Assembly (NCBI GenBank): GCA_965243395.1
Contig: CBDEUS010000002.1
Coordinates: forward strand, 1,024,001-1,088,000
Direction of reading: 5' to 3'
DNA length: 64,000 nt
Origin: Gammaproteobacteria bacterium
Lineage (GTDB): Bacteria; Pseudomonadota; Gammaproteobacteria; UBA4575
The translations under genes were made by a program, and so were the position numbers. Under the pieces are notes generated by a model, which was not told where the DNA came from, ran no database searches, and saw only the letters and a program-made list of their open reading frames with translations. Positions 51,294 through 63,966 of the stretch are shown one piece after another. The first letter of the stretch is position 1, and every line of letters starts with the position of its first letter.

Positions 51294-52517
51294 CTATATT
51301 GCCGTATAATGTTCTGCAACATAGTTTTGTAAAATAGATTTAAATTCTTCTGCAATGTTTTCACCTCTCAAAGTGGTGAATTTTTTTCCGTCGACATAAA
51401 CTGGCGCAATTGGAGCTTCTCCTGTGCCGGGCAAGCTTATTCCTATATTTGCATGTTTGCTCTCGCCTGGACCGTTTACAACGCATCCCATAACTGCGAC
51501 TTTCATATTTTCAACACCCGTAAATTGTTGTTTCCATAATTGCATTTCAGATTTTAAATATTCATCGATATCTGCAGCTAAATGTAGAAAATATTCACTG
51601 GTTGTTCGCCCACATCCAGGGCATGAAGTAACTTGTGGTGTAAATGAACGTAGCTCCATCATTTGTAGAATTTGCTGTGCAATGCGCACTTCCTGTGATC
51701 GATCCCCGCCGGGTTCGGGGGTCAGAGAAATACGAATCGTATCGCCGATGCCTTCTTGCAGTAATACCGATAAAGCTGCAGTAGAAGCTACGATACCTTT
51801 GCTGCCCATACCGGCTTCAGTGAGACCTAGATGTAATGCGTAATCACATTGTTTGGCTAAATCTCGATAAACGCGTATTAATGCCTGCACTTCGCTTAGT
51901 TTGCAGGAGAGTATAATCTTGTTGTGAGCCAGACCTAATTTTTCTGCAAGTGTAGCGCTTTCCAATGCAGATGCTATGAGTGCGTCATGCATCACCTCTT
52001 GTAAACTTTTTGGCTGTGAAGATGCGGAGTTTTCATCCAGCTTCTTAGCTAATAAATCTTGGTCCAGGCTGCCCCAATTGACGCCAATGCGTACAGGTTT
52101 ATTTTGTTTACATGCGATTTCGATAATTTCTGCAAATTGTTTGTCATGTAATTCACCGCGACCAACATTTCCAGGATTAATACGGTACTTATCGAGTAGT
52201 TGTGCACACTCCGTATACTTACTTAATAGTCTTCCGCCATTAAAATGAAAATCGCCAACAATTGGTACATTAATGTTTGTTTGTTGCAGTAGCTCATAAA
52301 TTTTTGGAACTGCCTGAGCAGCATCTTTATTGTTAACAGTAATGCGTACAATTTCAGATCCTGCATTGGCTAGCGCGGTAATTTGCGCTACCGTTTTGCT
52401 TACGTCAGCAGTATCAGTATTAGTCATGGACTGAACCACAATGGGCGCATGACCCCCTACGGTTACATTCCCAACTTGTACAGCAGTGCTATTACGACGA
52501 AAATTCATTGAGCTCAT
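51294..52517 (-). CDS. ispG: HMBPP synthase
   Basis: [38 protein letters not shown]. Confidence 0.96.
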   Translation of the reverse strand: MSSMNFRRNSTAVQVGNVTVGGHAPIVVQSMTNTDTADVSKTVAQITALANAGSEIVRITVNNKDAAQAVPKIYELLQQTNINVPIVGDFHFNGGRLLSKYTECAQLLDKYRINPGNVGRGELHDKQFAEIIEIACKQNKPVRIGVNWGSLDQDLLAKKLDENSASSQPKSLQEVMHDALIASALESATLAEKLGLAHNKIILSCKLSEVQALIRVYRDLAKQCDYALHLGLTEAGMGSKGIVASTAALSVLLQEGIGDTIRISLTPEPGGDRSQEVRIAQQILQMMELRSFTPQVTSCPGCGRTTSEYFLHLAADIDEYLKSEMQLWKQQFTGVENMKVAVMGCVVNGPGESKHANIGISLPGTGEAPIAPVYVDGKKFTTLRGENIAEEFKSILQNYVAEHYTAI

Positions 52518-52635
52518 AATTGAGATCTATATATATTTTATTTGAACTATGCAGAATAGTAACTCATTCAGATCATATTGCGGGTAGAATTAAGCTATTA
52601 GATCTACAAAAAAACCCTATATTTTTTAACCCATC

Positions 52636-53052
52636 ATGTTTTGGCAAGACACACTCACTCTGCAATCTTCTGGTCGTGGTACTTACGAGGTTACGCAAAA
52701 GATCGAAAATATGATCCGCGACTCAGGCATAAAACAGGGGCTTTGTCATTTATTTGTTCGACACACGAGTGCTTCGTTAATTATCAGCGAAAATGCAGAT
52801 CCTGCTGTGCATCGCGATTTAGAAACATTTATGTCAAAACTTAGTCCAGATGGAGATCCAATGTTTACACATTGTTCAGAAGGTGATGATGACATGCCTG
52901 CTCACGTACGTTCCGTACTAACTCAAACCGAGCTTAATATACCAATTACAAAAGGATCTTCTGGGCTAGGCACTTGGCAAGGAATTTATTTGTGGGAACA
53001 TCGAACATCACCTCACCAAAGGAAAATTATCGTTACAATTCACGGCCAATAA
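52636..53052 (+). CDS. YjbQ/UPF0047 family protein
   Basis: HTSASL..ENADP, EGDDDMPAHVRS, LGTWQGIYLWEHR. Confidence 0.92.
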   Translation: MFWQDTLTLQSSGRGTYEVTQKIENMIRDSGIKQGLCHLFVRHTSASLIISENADPAVHRDLETFMSKLSPDGDPMFTHCSEGDDDMPAHVRSVLTQTELNIPITKGSSGLGTWQGIYLWEHRTSPHQRKIIVTIHGQ

Positions 53053-53079
53053 GTCGTTACTCGCGTGTAACTAGCCTAT

Positions 53080-53787
53080 ATGAATACTTTTGCTGAAATT
53101 AAATGTGTTACTTTTGATTTGGATGACACGTTATGGCCTTGTGAGCCGACTATTATCAAGGCGGAAAAAGCTTTATATGAATGGTTAACAAAAAATTACT
53201 CAAAAATTTGTCAACAACTTTCATTTGAAGAAATTAAAGAGCATCGTGTTGATTTTGCCAATCGAAATATGCATCTAGCGCATGATGTGACAGCACTACG
53301 AAGAGAATCTTTGCTTGAATTAGCAAAAAAGTTTGAGTATCCAATTCATATGGCAGACGAAGGTTTAGCTTTGTTTAGAAAACATAGAAACCGTGTCAAT
53401 TTTTTCTCTGATGCATTATCTACGCTCAGTAAGCTCGCTGAACACTATAAGATAGGAGCGATTACAAATGGTAATGCAGACTTAGAATCAATAGGAGTTA
53501 AAGAATATTTTGATTTTATTGTGACTGCTCAAGAAGCAGGGGTGGCAAAACCGGATAAAAAAATTTTTGCTTATGCGCAAAATAAAACCAATCTAGCATG
53601 TAATCAGTTTATTTATGTAGGTGATCATCCTACGATTGATATGCTGGGCTGCATAAAAAGTGGTTGGAAATCACTATGGTTTAATCCTGAAAAAAATCCA
53701 TGGCCTGACGATGAAATACATCGAGAATTTCAGCCTGATGCTGAAATTCAAAAATTAAGTCAGTTGCCTGAATTATTAAAAATTTAA
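53080..53787 (+). CDS. HAD-family hydrolase (YigB-like)
   Basis: FDLDDTLW, ITNGN, AKPD, VGDHPTID. Confidence 0.9.
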   Translation: MNTFAEIKCVTFDLDDTLWPCEPTIIKAEKALYEWLTKNYSKICQQLSFEEIKEHRVDFANRNMHLAHDVTALRRESLLELAKKFEYPIHMADEGLALFRKHRNRVNFFSDALSTLSKLAEHYKIGAITNGNADLESIGVKEYFDFIVTAQEAGVAKPDKKIFAYAQNKTNLACNQFIYVGDHPTIDMLGCIKSGWKSLWFNPEKNPWPDDEIHREFQPDAEIQKLSQLPELLKI

Positions 53788-53813
53788 AATTTTGTAAAAA
53801 AAAGGAGTACAAA

Positions 53814-54149
53814 ATGTCTGAAATAATTCCAGATATGGAAGAAAGAGTAAGAAAATTAGAACGAATAATGTTTACCGTACGTGTGGCAATCATTGTCATC
53901 GTAGGATTTATGATGTACGACGCGCTATCACCAGATACAGGCTCAGATATTATTTTTGCAGATAAAATTAAGTCCAGAGCATTTGTGCTATTGGGCTCCG
54001 GGGATCAACCAGTGGGTTATTGGGATGATAAAAAAACTAATGGGTTTAAGATGTATTCCAAACAGGGCAATCACGTTTTGTTAAAACCTGAAGCGCTTAC
54101 TTTTTATGAAGATAAATTAAATCCTGAAGTTAAAGCGAAATATGATTAA
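53814..54149 (+). CDS. Hypothetical single-TM protein
   Basis: AAGGAG RBS; short coiled coil followed by a hydrophobic helix. Confidence 0.75.
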   Translation: MSEIIPDMEERVRKLERIMFTVRVAIIVIVGFMMYDALSPDTGSDIIFADKIKSRAFVLLGSGDQPVGYWDDKKTNGFKMYSKQGNHVLLKPEALTFYEDKLNPEVKAKYD

Positions 54150-54174
54150 AAATTTACATATGTCACAATTATTT

Positions 54175-55677
54175 TTATTCTATTTTTTCTCCATATTTCT
54201 TTTTATGTAGTTTTTTAGATTGGCTGACCCATTTGTCGCGGTTAATACGATCTGGGAAACTACCTAAAGTTTCAGCTAAAGTTTCAATATCGCCTTTGGT
54301 GAGTCGGCCAAGCTGCTCATAGGAGTACACGCCAAAGTCGTTTAGCTTGCCTTCCATTACAGGGCCAATCCCTTTTATAACTTGCAACTCATCTTTAACT
54401 TTTGCTGCCGCGATCTTTAAGCCTTTGGCAGGTGCTTTTAAACCTGTTGCTCGTTTGCTTGTTGTTTTTTTGACTTTTTTTGCGGCTTTTTTAACAGTTC
54501 GTTTGGGGCGTTGTGGCTGAGGAGCAGGACGCTTTATTTTACTTTTAAGTGCTTCAATGGTGTGTTCATGTTCACGCAACATGGATAGATCAAGTTTGGA
54601 GGACTGTAATTCACTTTCCAATTCAGACATTTTAGATTTGTATTCCTGAACCACGGTAGCGCTTGAAGCCTGCGCACGACTTTCAGCGGTACGTAATTGT
54701 TCACGTAAGTCATCAATAACCGCATCTTTTTCTTCACAAGTGTCTACGTATACGCGTTCTTTTTCACTTGCTTCAAGCTTAACTTCATTAATTTGTTTGT
54801 ATGTGCGGCCTAGTACAGTATTTTTAGAAGTTCCAAGTAGTCGCACTTTGTCCATGAAGCGATTAAATTTAGTATCTTGCCCTGGTTCTTCACCTTCTAG
54901 TGGTGTGAGCTGATCAATTCGATTTTGTAGCTTAACTAAAGTTTCCTGGTTGCGTGCATTTTGTTCGGCTAAGTCTTTTGCGCGAAGTTTTTGCAGCTCA
55001 TTCATTTCAGTTTGAGACTTATTCTGTAAATCATATAGTTGGGCTTTGGTTTCACTGACTTGTTTTTCGAGCTCAGGATTCATTAAAGAGCGGTCTTGTC
55101 TCCACTTCGTTTGAATTTGGCTGATCATGCCATATAGCCCTTTCAGGTCATTTTCAGATGAAGTGACTTTGTCATTTAGTCGATAAACTTTTCCAATCAT
55201 GTCATCAAGCCTATATTTAAAAGACTCTTGATCAGTAACACGATTATTTAAACGTTTTATTTTCTGGTTCGCATCGGAGTGTAAATCAGCATAGTGGCAC
55301 GCAAGACTTTCGAAATCATCGCGTTCACTAAGTGTTTGTTGATACATGCCCTGGACTTTCTTTAGCCAAGCTTGATGGATGGGTAATTGTTTAGCTTTTT
55401 CTAGAGAGGTTTGCCATCGTGAAGTCATCAACATTAAGTCACCACTTTGACGATCATATTGAGCTTGAATGTTGTTGCGCTGAGTTTTATAGCTAGCTGC
55501 TTGTTGTTTAGTTTCTTCTAATTCTCTTGATTGAATAGAAATTTTGTTTTCTAAATCTGTGCGTAATGCAATTAAATCACGGTTACATGTGTATCGGCGT
55601 ATAAACCACCCCACTGCTATACCTAGTGCTGTCGCCGCTAATAAATAGCCAAATAATTCAATTAATAAATAGCTCAT
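54175..55677 (-). CDS. Membrane-anchored coiled-coil protein with C-terminal helix-hairpin-helix domain
   Basis: N-terminal LLAATALGIAVGW, long heptad region, Lys/Ala-rich linker, DELQVIKGIGP...GVYSYEQL...RINRDKWVSQ. Confidence 0.78.
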   Translation of the reverse strand: MSYLLIELFGYLLAATALGIAVGWFIRRYTCNRDLIALRTDLENKISIQSRELEETKQQAASYKTQRNNIQAQYDRQSGDLMLMTSRWQTSLEKAKQLPIHQAWLKKVQGMYQQTLSERDDFESLACHYADLHSDANQKIKRLNNRVTDQESFKYRLDDMIGKVYRLNDKVTSSENDLKGLYGMISQIQTKWRQDRSLMNPELEKQVSETKAQLYDLQNKSQTEMNELQKLRAKDLAEQNARNQETLVKLQNRIDQLTPLEGEEPGQDTKFNRFMDKVRLLGTSKNTVLGRTYKQINEVKLEASEKERVYVDTCEEKDAVIDDLREQLRTAESRAQASSATVVQEYKSKMSELESELQSSKLDLSMLREHEHTIEALKSKIKRPAPQPQRPKRTVKKAAKKVKKTTSKRATGLKAPAKGLKIAAAKVKDELQVIKGIGPVMEGKLNDFGVYSYEQLGRLTKGDIETLAETLGSFPDRINRDKWVSQSKKLHKKKYGEKIE

Positions 55678-55730
55678 AGTTATGGTCTCTTATTTATTTC
55701 GGTTTTTATGTCTTAGATGTTTAAAGAATA

Positions 55731-56537
55731 TTATTGTATACGGGAAACCGCGAACTCTATGCGACGGTTTTGTGCTCGCCCCTCAACGGAATCATTAGAT
55801 GCAATCGGCAATGTTTCACCAAAACCCGATGCGGTTAAGCGTTCGGGTTGAATACCATTGTTGCTGAGATAATCTAATACGGACTGTGCACGTTGTTGGC
55901 TCAATTGCAAATTCAATTCATCGTCACCAGCATTATCAGTATGGCCTTCAACCGTAACATTAAACTCTTTATGTTCATTTAATACTCTGATTACATCATT
56001 AAGAATTAATTTACCTTTTTCTGTGATTTCATCACTACCAAATAAAAAAGTAATTCCTGACAGATCCAAGGTTTGTAGTAATTCCTCCACGACTTCTTCT
56101 TGGGCAGTCTCAATCTCAGCTTCGGGTGTCATAGCCACTTCAATTTCGGGCTCCGGTTCAAGTTCAGGGAGTGGCTCAAGCTTGGGTTTAATGACTACTT
56201 TGGGTTTTGTCATTCCGGGCTCTGCTCTTGCAACGACAAGCTGATTATCCACAGTTCTGATGCCTGGCATGGACGCAATAATTTGTTCAATTTCATCAGA
56301 ACGACTTTGGCTCGCGACAGCTCCTGTAAGAGTAGCATCACGACCATCTACGTTGACAATCGCGTTTCCAATTTGGTTTTCCTTTAAAAGTTGATTGCTT
56401 TTTAAATTCAAGTCGTTTTCTATGTACTCAGCTTTACTGTCTTGGGTAAACCAATACAGAGCTATAAATCCTATCAAGCCAAGAATGAGAGGAAGTAATA
56501 AGCCAAGAATAAAACTATTTGTACGTTGATCCGTCAT
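55731..56537 (-). CDS. TM-BON-OmpA_C peptidoglycan-binding protein (ArfA/Rv0899-like architecture)
   Basis: TM, BON-like VDGRDATLTG...GIRTVDNQL, Pro/Glu linker, OmpA_C EGHTD...LSQQRA...NRRIEF. Confidence 0.85.
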   Translation of the reverse strand: MTDQRTNSFILGLLLPLILGLIGFIALYWFTQDSKAEYIENDLNLKSNQLLKENQIGNAIVNVDGRDATLTGAVASQSRSDEIEQIIASMPGIRTVDNQLVVARAEPGMTKPKVVIKPKLEPLPELEPEPEIEVAMTPEAEIETAQEEVVEELLQTLDLSGITFLFGSDEITEKGKLILNDVIRVLNEHKEFNVTVEGHTDNAGDDELNLQLSQQRAQSVLDYLSNNGIQPERLTASGFGETLPIASNDSVEGRAQNRRIEFAVSRIQ

Positions 56538-56778
56538 GGTTGGTATCTGTTATTTTTAGTTTTAATTTGTAGAGAAACTAATTTCTCGACTCAAGGTTAA
56601 GTATTGCTTGAACGTAGACAATTCGCAAACAAAATTATATGAATAACGTCCATTAGACGTTTAGATGTGAGGACTAAAAAGGTTTTTCCTTATAAAATTA
56701 AGGGAATTACAAAATGCCAATGAAAGCTTAAATTAAATATTTGCAGAGTAGTTATTTTGTTGGTTTAACTTAGCAGTT

Positions 56779-57240
56779 TCATACGGAAGTAAACTCATCG
56801 GGGATACGTTTATTCAGTTTTGTGATTAGGGCTATAAAATGTTTACTCTCAGTCCTTGTGAGATCAGAAAACATTTTACTGTATGCATGATCCATTAAAG
56901 CAATTCCAAGTTTGGCAATCTCTTCACCTCTCGGAGTAAGCTTGATGTCCACCACTCTTCGATCGAATTGATTATGTGTGCGCTCAATACAACCCCTGTC
57001 CTCAAGCTGATCTAAATATCGGCTTACGGTTGCGCGTTCTATCATCAGGTCATCTGCTAGCTTGGCTGGGGTGTAAACTACCTTGCTGGAAATAGCGTGA
57101 ATTAAGCGCCATTGGTTAAACTTAAGACCATGACTATTCAACTCTTTATTTAATTTTGCGCGTGCAAAAGCGTTAAGCTTATCTGCAAATGAGATAATCA
57201 CAGGAAATGACGAATGAGTATTACTGAATTTGTCATTCAT
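56779..57240 (-). CDS. MarR-family transcriptional regulator
   Basis: GLKFNQW, TVSRYLDQLE.RG, DRR...LTPRG. Confidence 0.9.
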   Translation of the reverse strand: MNDKFSNTHSSFPVIISFADKLNAFARAKLNKELNSHGLKFNQWRLIHAISSKVVYTPAKLADDLMIERATVSRYLDQLEDRGCIERTHNQFDRRVVDIKLTPRGEEIAKLGIALMDHAYSKMFSDLTRTESKHFIALITKLNKRIPDEFTSV

Positions 57241-57415
57241 ATATTTTGATCGACTAACAAAAATTAATCAGTTACTTATTTTTAGCATACTCTTTGCATA
57301 TAAAGTGTTGATAAAGCTTAAGATTACGATTGTTTACAGTTACAGGTGTTCATAATTAACATTTGTTAACTATTGCCGCCTGGAATGTGAGTGACTCTAC
57401 GTATCTGGAAAATAA

Positions 57416-57492
<77 letters not shown>

Positions 57493-57616
57493 AGGCCACA
57501 TCCACAAATCAAATAATAACTGGATTGGGATATGTAACTTATCATCTTTAGCTAATTGAAAGAAAAGGTGTCGCTACGCGACGATTTAATTTGCGTGGAA
57601 TACCCCCACGCAAGTG

Positions 57617-57703
57617 TGGTGCCGAGGGAGAGAATCGAACTCTCACTCTGTTTCCAGAACCGGATTTTGAATCCGGCGCGTCTACCAGTTCCGCCACCCC
57701 GGC
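57617..57703 (-). tRNA. tRNA-Leu (CAA)
   Basis: Reverse complement GCCGGGGTGGCGGAACTGGTAGACGCG-CCGGA-TTCAAAA-TCCGG, long variable arm, GTTCGATTC...GGCACCA; 87 nt. Confidence 0.96.
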
Positions 57704-57797
57704 AAATATGTGTTCAAATCAATGTCTAGTGTAGCGCAAATTGCTAAGCTAGTAACAACTTGTCAAATAATTACAAAAGCATTTTTGAACACATTTT

Positions 57798-59946
<2,149 letters not shown>

Positions 59947-59980
59947 TACGCCGCTTCTTATTGAATCAGAACTCAACACT

Positions 59981-60307
59981 ATGTTTTTAATATCAGACGC
60001 AATGGCCGAAGGGGCAGCAGCTCAGGGAGGCGGTGGAATAGAATTATTTGTCATGATAGGTATTTTCTTTGCCATCATGTATTTCATGATAATTCGCCCG
60101 CAGTCAAAGCGTCAAAAAGAACATCAAAAACTCATAGGTTCACTTTCTAAAGGAGACGAGGTAGAAACTACGGGCGGTATGCTGGGGAAAATTATAAAAG
60201 TGGGTGATAACGCTCTACAAATAGAAATTTCCGAGGGTGTGATAATCAAATTACAAAAAAATTCAATTTCCAAAGTACTGCCGAAAGGCTCGCTTAAACA
60301 AGACTGA
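59981..60307 (+). CDS. yajC: Preprotein translocase subunit YajC
   Basis: YFMIIRPQSKRQK, GDEVETTGG; ATG 59981 preferred. Confidence 0.95.
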   Translation: MFLISDAMAEGAAAQGGGGIELFVMIGIFFAIMYFMIIRPQSKRQKEHQKLIGSLSKGDEVETTGGMLGKIIKVGDNALQIEISEGVIIKLQKNSISKVLPKGSLKQD

Positions 60308-60357
60308 AAACTTTCATTTCATTTACAGTAATCAATAGCAAGGCAAAATAAATTCTT

Positions 60358-62226
60358 ATGATTCCAATGAATCATTATCCATTGTGGAAGTATCTGCTGA
60401 TTTTATTCATTGTTGCAGGTGCTGCGTTATACGCTTTGCCAAATTTGTATCCGAATGTTCCAGCAGTACAAATTTCTCATGAATCAGGAGAATTAGCTGA
60501 CACAACTTTAGGTACCGTAAAAGAAGCGTTGAACAAAGAAAACCTTCAAATTCAAGGTGAGGAAGAACAAGATAATCGCATTTTGTTGCGATTCGAAAAC
60601 ACAGAGCAACAACTTCAAGCATCTGAAATCGCAAAAGATACTTTAGATGGTCAGCATGTAGTGGCATTAAATTTAGCGCCAGCTACACCAAAATGGCTAC
60701 GTGCACTCGGTGCGTCGCCTATGAATCTTGGTTTGGATCTGCGTGGGGGAGTTCATTTCTTACTGCAAGTCGATATGAAGGCAGCGAAAGAGAAAGCTTT
60801 GAACAACTATGTGTCTTCATTTCGTACCTCATTGCGGGAGGCTGACTTACGTCGTTTTTCAGTTTCACAAGATAAAGGTCAACTGAATATTAAGTTTCGT
60901 GATGCAGAAAGTGGTGCTGAAGGTTTGGCGACTTTGCAAAAAGAATATGCAAATGAATTAACTTTTGATGAAAACACTGACGGTGGTGAATATTTTATTA
61001 CCGGAAAAATTAGTGAAGATTCTTTGAGAGAAATACAAAGCTTAGCAATTCAACAAAACATTCAAACCTTACGTAATCGAGTTAATGAGTTAGGTGTTGC
61101 TGAACCAGTTATCCAGCAGCAAGGTGCTGAACGTATTGTGGTGCAGTTACCGGGTGTACAAGATACTGCACAAGCCAAAGAAATATTAGGTGCTACCGCA
61201 ACAGTCGAATTTAGACTTGTTGACGAGCAAAATGATCCTTTTGCAGCTGCAGACTCGGGTAGAGTTCCGGTAGGTTCTGTTCTTTATTATGAGCGCGATA
61301 GTAAAAATCCAATTTTGCTTAAGCGTAATGTCATGCTTACAGGTGACAGAATTATCAATGCGAACTCAGGCTTTGATGAAAATGGTAGGCCTGCGGCGAT
61401 TATTACCCTAGATGGACAGGGTGCGAGCCGATTTAGCAAAGTCACATCAGAGAATATTAAAAAACTTATGGCTGTTGTCTTTATTGATAATAAAACAGTT
61501 ATCGTCAATAAAGATGGTGAAAAAGTCAGGAAAACAATTAAATCAGAAGAAGTTATTAATGTTGCGCGCATTCAAGAACAGCTGAGTAAGCGTTTTCAAA
61601 TTGAAGGTTTAGATTCAACACATGAAGCGTTGAAACTATCTTTATTATTGCGTGCCGGCGCATTAGCGGCTCCCGTAGAGATTGTAGAAGAGCGAACAGT
61701 AGGCCCAAGTCTTGGACAGGAAAATATTCGTCTAGGCAAAAAGTCAATTTTAATTGGTTTAGTGCTGGTAATGATTTTTATGTTGCTCTACTACCGCATG
61801 TTTGGAATCGCGGCAAATGTTGCACTTGCGGCAAACTTGGTTTTGATTATTGGCATCATGTCACTTATTCCGGGAGCTACGCTTACACTCCCAGGTATAG
61901 CGGGAATTGTTCTAACAGTGGGTATGGCAGTAGATGCCAATGTGCTTATTTTTGAACGTATACGTGAAGAATTGAAAAATGGTAATTCACCTCAAGCGAG
62001 TATCCATGCCGGCTATGCCAAGGCACTGTCTACCATTGCCGATGCAAATATTACGACTTTAATTGCTGCAGTAGTGTTATTTATTTTTGGAACTGGACCT
62101 ATCAAAGGTTTTGCTGTGACGTTATCCATTGGAATCGTCTGTTCCATGTTTACTGCAATTATGGGTACGCGTGCTTTAGTGAACTTATATTATGGAAATA
62201 AGAAAACACCGTCGCTTGCGATTTAG
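60358..62226 (+). CDS. secD: Protein translocase subunit SecD
   Basis: LGLDLRGG, NELGVAEP, VGPSLG, GMAVDANVLIFERIREE. Confidence 0.97.
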   Translation: MIPMNHYPLWKYLLILFIVAGAALYALPNLYPNVPAVQISHESGELADTTLGTVKEALNKENLQIQGEEEQDNRILLRFENTEQQLQASEIAKDTLDGQHVVALNLAPATPKWLRALGASPMNLGLDLRGGVHFLLQVDMKAAKEKALNNYVSSFRTSLREADLRRFSVSQDKGQLNIKFRDAESGAEGLATLQKEYANELTFDENTDGGEYFITGKISEDSLREIQSLAIQQNIQTLRNRVNELGVAEPVIQQQGAERIVVQLPGVQDTAQAKEILGATATVEFRLVDEQNDPFAAADSGRVPVGSVLYYERDSKNPILLKRNVMLTGDRIINANSGFDENGRPAAIITLDGQGASRFSKVTSENIKKLMAVVFIDNKTVIVNKDGEKVRKTIKSEEVINVARIQEQLSKRFQIEGLDSTHEALKLSLLLRAGALAAPVEIVEERTVGPSLGQENIRLGKKSILIGLVLVMIFMLLYYRMFGIAANVALAANLVLIIGIMSLIPGATLTLPGIAGIVLTVGMAVDANVLIFERIREELKNGNSPQASIHAGYAKALSTIADANITTLIAAVVLFIFGTGPIKGFAVTLSIGIVCSMFTAIMGTRALVNLYYGNKKTPSLAI

Positions 62227-62242
62227 TTAAATCAAAATAATT

Positions 62243-63181
62243 ATGCAACTATTAAAAGACAACTTAAAAATTGACTTTATGGGTAAGCGCAAGCTTGCTT
62301 TGATTTTGTCTTTAGTGTTGATCGTTGTTTCTCTTGCTGCTATTACTATGCGCGGGTTGAATCTAGGTATTGATTTTACAGGTGGTACATTAGTTGAAGT
62401 TGGTTATGAGGATTCTGTTGAGCTTGAACCGGTCAGGCAGGCCTTGTTTAGCAGTGGCTTTGATGATGCCATTGTGCAACATTTCGGTACTTCTAAAGAT
62501 GTACTGATTCGTTTGCCGGTAGCCGATCAAGACGAAGACAAAGCACAGTTAAGTAACAATGTATTAGATGCCCTTGCTTCAACCGGTGCACCACAAATGC
62601 GCCGAGTTGAGTTTGTTGGACCTCAAGTAGGGGATGAACTACGCGATAAAGGCGGCTTAGCCATGTTATACGCATTAGTCGGCATCTTGGTATATGTATG
62701 GTTGCGATTTGAAATCCGATTCTCAGCTGGATCCATTGCGGCTTTGGTGCATGATGTTATTTTAGTAGTAGGTTTTTTTGCTCTTACGCAAGTTGAGTTT
62801 GATTTAACCGTGCTGGCCGCATTATTAGCTGTAATTGGTTACTCATTGAATGACACCATAGTGGTGTTTGATCGCATAAGAGAAAATTTCAGACGTTTGC
62901 GAAAAGCAACTTCTAAGGAAGTAATAAATACTTCAATAAATCAAACCTTATCAAGAACGTTAATGACGTCTTTGACCACCTTATTGGTACTTTTTGCATT
63001 GTTTTTATTTGGTGGCGAAGTTATTCATGCGTTTTCAATCGCATTAATCGTAGGTGTAATTGTAGGAACTTACTCTTCTATTTATGTTGCGAGTTCTTCG
63101 TTACTCACGCTTAACGTAAGTAAAGAAGATTTAATGCAACCAGAAGTGGAATCGGCTAATGAGGACGGCAGTCAAGTTTAA
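62243..63181 (+). CDS. secF: Protein translocase subunit SecF
   Basis: GIDFTGG, VGPQVG, GYSLNDTIVVFDRIRE, GTYSSI. Confidence 0.97.
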   Translation: MQLLKDNLKIDFMGKRKLALILSLVLIVVSLAAITMRGLNLGIDFTGGTLVEVGYEDSVELEPVRQALFSSGFDDAIVQHFGTSKDVLIRLPVADQDEDKAQLSNNVLDALASTGAPQMRRVEFVGPQVGDELRDKGGLAMLYALVGILVYVWLRFEIRFSAGSIAALVHDVILVVGFFALTQVEFDLTVLAALLAVIGYSLNDTIVVFDRIRENFRRLRKATSKEVINTSINQTLSRTLMTSLTTLLVLFALFLFGGEVIHAFSIALIVGVIVGTYSSIYVASSSLLTLNVSKEDLMQPEVESANEDGSQV

Positions 63182-63966
63182 CTATTTTTGTTAAGCGCTT
63201 GTAAGATTAAGCGAAATAGTTTCGCATTTGCTGCAACTATATTTCCCGATTCTAAATGTGTGTGTCCTCCGTATGTGTCTCCTACTAATCCTCCGGCTTC
63301 CTGAACAATTAAGCAGCCTGCAGCAATATCCCAAGTATTGATGCCATATTCCCAAAATCCATCCACTCTTCCTGCTGCAACATAAGCAAGGTCAAGTGCG
63401 GCAGAACCTGCTCTGCGAATTCCTGAAGTTTGTAGCATTAATTCTTTAAGAGATGCTAAATAATGATCAATGTTTTGGTTTTCGCGAAATGGAAATCCGG
63501 TTGCAAGCAATGCTCCTTCAAAGCTTGTGAGACTGGATACTCTAATTTTGCGGTCATTCAATGTCGCACCATTACCCTGACCTGCACAAAATAATTCGTC
63601 TTTGAAAGGATCATAAATTACTGCAACTTCAAGACGATTTTTATGTTTAAGTGCAATCGAAACCGAGTAATGTGGAAAGCCTCGCAAGAAATTAGTAGTT
63701 CCATCTAGTGGATCGATGATCCACTGGTATTCATCTTGATTACCGCTATTACTATCTCCACTTTCTTCGGCAAGAATCCCATGTTGTGGATATGCGCGAT
63801 GTATAATATTAATAATTTCCTGTTCTGCTTTAAGGTCCACTTCACTCACAAAGTCATTTTTTTCTTTAGTCTGAATAGATAAGGAATGCACACGAGACAT
63901 ATTACGAAAAATAATTTTTCCAGCTTCACGTGCGGCTTCAATTGCAATATTTAAAGTTGGTTGCAT
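63178..63966 (-). CDS. suhB: Inositol monophosphatase / Nus factor SuhB
   Basis: EES, IDPLDGTTNF, RRAGSAALDL, WDIAAG. Confidence 0.95.
   Translation of the reverse strand: MQPTLNIAIEAAREAGKIIFRNMSRVHSLSIQTKEKNDFVSEVDLKAEQEIINIIHRAYPQHGILAEESGDSNSGNQDEYQWIIDPLDGTTNFLRGFPHYSVSIALKHKNRLEVAVIYDPFKDELFCAGQGNGATLNDRKIRVSSLTSFEGALLATGFPFRENQNIDHYLASLKELMLQTSGIRRAGSAALDLAYVAAGRVDGFWEYGINTWDIAAGCLIVQEAGGLVGDTYGGHTHLESGNIVAANAKLFRLILQALNKNS

Noticed and set aside
51424-52248. Antisense and alternate-frame ORFs in the track (for example 744-1079, 26676-27047, 51424-51843, 51976-52248)
   Set aside because: They overlap well-supported genes and show no motifs; treated as shadow ORFs.
56920-56970. DRR in MarR, and ERR in the GGDEF protein and HflX-type DRR, as members of the DRR module
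   Set aside because: Single occurrences that are standard motifs of those families; they lack the paired spacing.
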